A stretch of DNA of 32,000 bases, from NCBI GenBank assembly GCA_024407725.1, contig JAKSVZ010000007.1, positions 1 to 32,000 on the forward strand, in the 5' to 3' direction. Both the position numbers and the translations under genes were made by a program. Every line of letters starts with the position of its first letter. Position 1 is the first letter of the stretch. The notes beneath the pieces were generated by a model. That model was not told the DNA's origin and did no database searches. It worked only from the letters and a program-made list of their open reading frames with translations. Below are positions 30,696-32,000 of this stretch, piece after piece. The stretch comes from Opitutales bacterium (GTDB lineage: Bacteria > Verrucomicrobiota > Verrucomicrobiia > Opitutales > UBA9783).

Positions 30696-32000
30696 ATGGC
30701 CATCCAAAATAATTCTCAAGTAAGCAATCCCCAGATTGAACAATTCAACCAACCCAATGCAAACGTTGGTAATAATTCCATCGCTATCGCTAACAATGCA
30801 ATTATTAAAAACGTAAATTCATTAACGACGCAATCGTTGGCTAACATGCACGAAGCAGATAAAACACGCTTGGTAACGCTTACCCATAATACAGAAGGCA
30901 AGAGCTTTTTCGGACGTATTCAACAAATCGCCATTAATATCGCGCACAACATTAAACATTTAGTATTTAAGGATTTTCAAGCGAGCGCTATACATGTGCT
31001 CAACAACAGCACCGCCGAACTGACTTTAATGGGGGAACAAATCCTACGTTCAAATATAGAGTTTTCACAATTGGAAAAAAAGGATTTGAATAAAACTCTA
31101 ATCAAGACCGCTAACCAAACCTATAATACCTTAAAGCAAATCATAGGTTTTCAAGATGGAGATTTTAAATGGGTAGGAGGAACTCTATTCAAATCTAATT
31201 TCGTTATTAACAACAACAATCACTTAACCTCAAAATTAAACGAGCCACTTAACAAAGCAATTACTGATTGCTTAAGTGCTTTAGACGGTCTCCAACAGGT
31301 GATTAACAGAGAGCATAGCAAAGCAACAAACGCTTCAAACTCTACCAATAATAACGTTCAAAACACCCCCATTGAGCAACCTAAGGCAGCTGAACCCGAA
31401 GCGATCAAAGAAGAACCCGCTCCATCCAATCTTCAAAATCCTGAACCTCAGTTGAAAAATGATTCTGAAGTAAAACAGCCTGTTCACTCAGAACCTATCC
31501 AAAACGAACCTATTCCTCAATCGGACGATTCATTCGAGGGAATGATTGATACGCTTTATAAACACATACCATCCGGTACGATCGAGTCTAAAGAAGCATT
31601 AATTTCGTTATTAACCAAGAGCAGTGATTTAGAAGGAACCCTCCAACAACTGGGGATTAATACCTCCTCATTACCTGACAATCTCATGGATGATTTACAA
31701 AATGAAATAATTTTGCAAAGTATTATCGCTAGCTCCCAAGCATCTTCTTCCGAAGAACAACCCGTTCAGCCTTCAAATCCATCTACAAACGGGGTAGCTT
31801 CACCTATTGAAAACCCAAATCTTCCAGTGGAAGACTCAAGTTCGCCAGTAGTAGAAAACAAGTCCTCAAACAACAATTCATCAGGGAAAGTCACCAATAA
31901 TAAGGGGAAAACCGGAACGAATCCGTCAGTGAATAAATCCAAAAAGGCAAAGAAGAAAACCCCTAGTTATTTAAAATCAACCCAAGCAACTCGTAATAAA
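30696..32000 (+). CDS. Hypothetical N/Q/S/P/E-rich protein, paralogue 2 of the tandem pair. It is 3'-truncated by the window end and absent from the supplied ORF track.
   Basis: My own translation from ATG 30696 gives 435 codons with no stop up to position 32000. It begins MAIQNNSQVSNPQIEQFNQPNANVGNNSIAIANNAIIKNVNSLTTQSLANMHEADK... and ends ...NKSKKAKKKTPSYLKSTQATRNK. It is collinear with 29593-30630. Confidence 0.7.
   Translation, partial: MAIQNNSQVSNPQIEQFNQPNANVGNNSIAIANNAIIKNVNSLTTQSLANMHEADKTRLVTLTHNTEGKSFFGRIQQIAINIAHNIKHLVFKDFQASAIHVLNNSTAELTLMGEQILRSNIEFSQLEKKDLNKTLIKTANQTYNTLKQIIGFQDGDFKWVGGTLFKSNFVINNNNHLTSKLNEPLNKAITDCLSALDGLQQVINREHSKATNASNSTNNNVQNTPIEQPKAAEPEAIKEEPAPSNLQNPEPQLKNDSEVKQPVHSEPIQNEPIPQSDDSFEGMIDTLYKHIPSGTIESKEALISLLTKSSDLEGTLQQLGINTSSLPDNLMDDLQNEIILQSIIASSQASSSEEQPVQPSNPSTNGVASPIENPNLPVEDSSSPVVENKSSNNNSSGKVTNNKGKTGTNPSVNKSKKAKKKTPSYLKSTQATRNK

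Noticed and set aside
29588-30701. Both tandem paralogues start in an ACCATGG context (aaccATGGgc and caccATGGcc), which resembles a eukaryotic Kozak sequence.
   Set aside because: The simplest explanation is shared ancestry of the duplicated 5' ends, with second codons GGC and GCC. The sequence alone gives no reason to infer eukaryotic translation.
29685-30901. Antisense ORFs at 29685-29888 and 30716-30901, which look conserved between the two loci (MLANDLV... and MLANDCV...).
   Set aside because: They lie opposite the conserved N-terminal block (SLANMHEA) of the two sense-strand paralogues. Their similarity is a by-product of the sense-strand paralogy. They are short and have no start or SD context.

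Overview
Gene-dense bacterial chromosomal window, roughly 90% coding, moderately AT-rich. Most of it is housekeeping. On the minus strand: murC (with a MurB-like C-terminal extension), tsaD, kdsC, a tsaB-like gene, obg, clpP, a sigma-54 enhancer-binding protein, a CapD/PglF-like dehydratase, rpsA, eno, a tandem-Usp protein, tgt, gyrA and gyrB. On the plus strand: a YuiF/NhaC-like transporter and mutL. Three tRNA genes lie on the minus strand: initiator tRNA-Met(CAT), tRNA-Cys(GCA) and tRNA-Leu(CAA). I found no rRNA, CRISPR array, transposase, integrase or prophage gene. The non-housekeeping content is in small, visibly more AT-rich patches. (a) An operon-like run directly downstream of tRNA-Leu (18823-21667) encodes two membrane-anchored SGNH/DltD-like proteins and a 142-aa unknown. 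One of the two is split by a frameshift inside an 8-bp tandem repeat, which makes it a candidate slipped-strand switch. (b) A cysteine-rich polytopic membrane protein sits between tgt and gyrA. (c) Two dispersed FkbM-like methyltransferase paralogues. (d) At the right edge, two tandem paralogous N/Q/S-rich proteins with no signal peptide or TM segment. The second is missing from the ORF track because it runs off the window. They sit behind an intergenic region with an 18-nt direct repeat and are candidate secreted effectors. Other oddities: the sigma-54 activator has a degenerate receiver domain and a GAFTHA loop; MutL has degenerate endonuclease motifs; an in-frame TAG interrupts the MurC-MurB-like fusion 68 nt from the window edge; and two tRNA genes each end exactly 12 nt before a protein-coding start. 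The taxon cannot be determined from the window. The content fits a Gram-negative, possibly host-associated (PVC/Chlamydiae-like) lineage, but that is a low-confidence inference. All homology calls come from motif recognition by eye; no searches were run.
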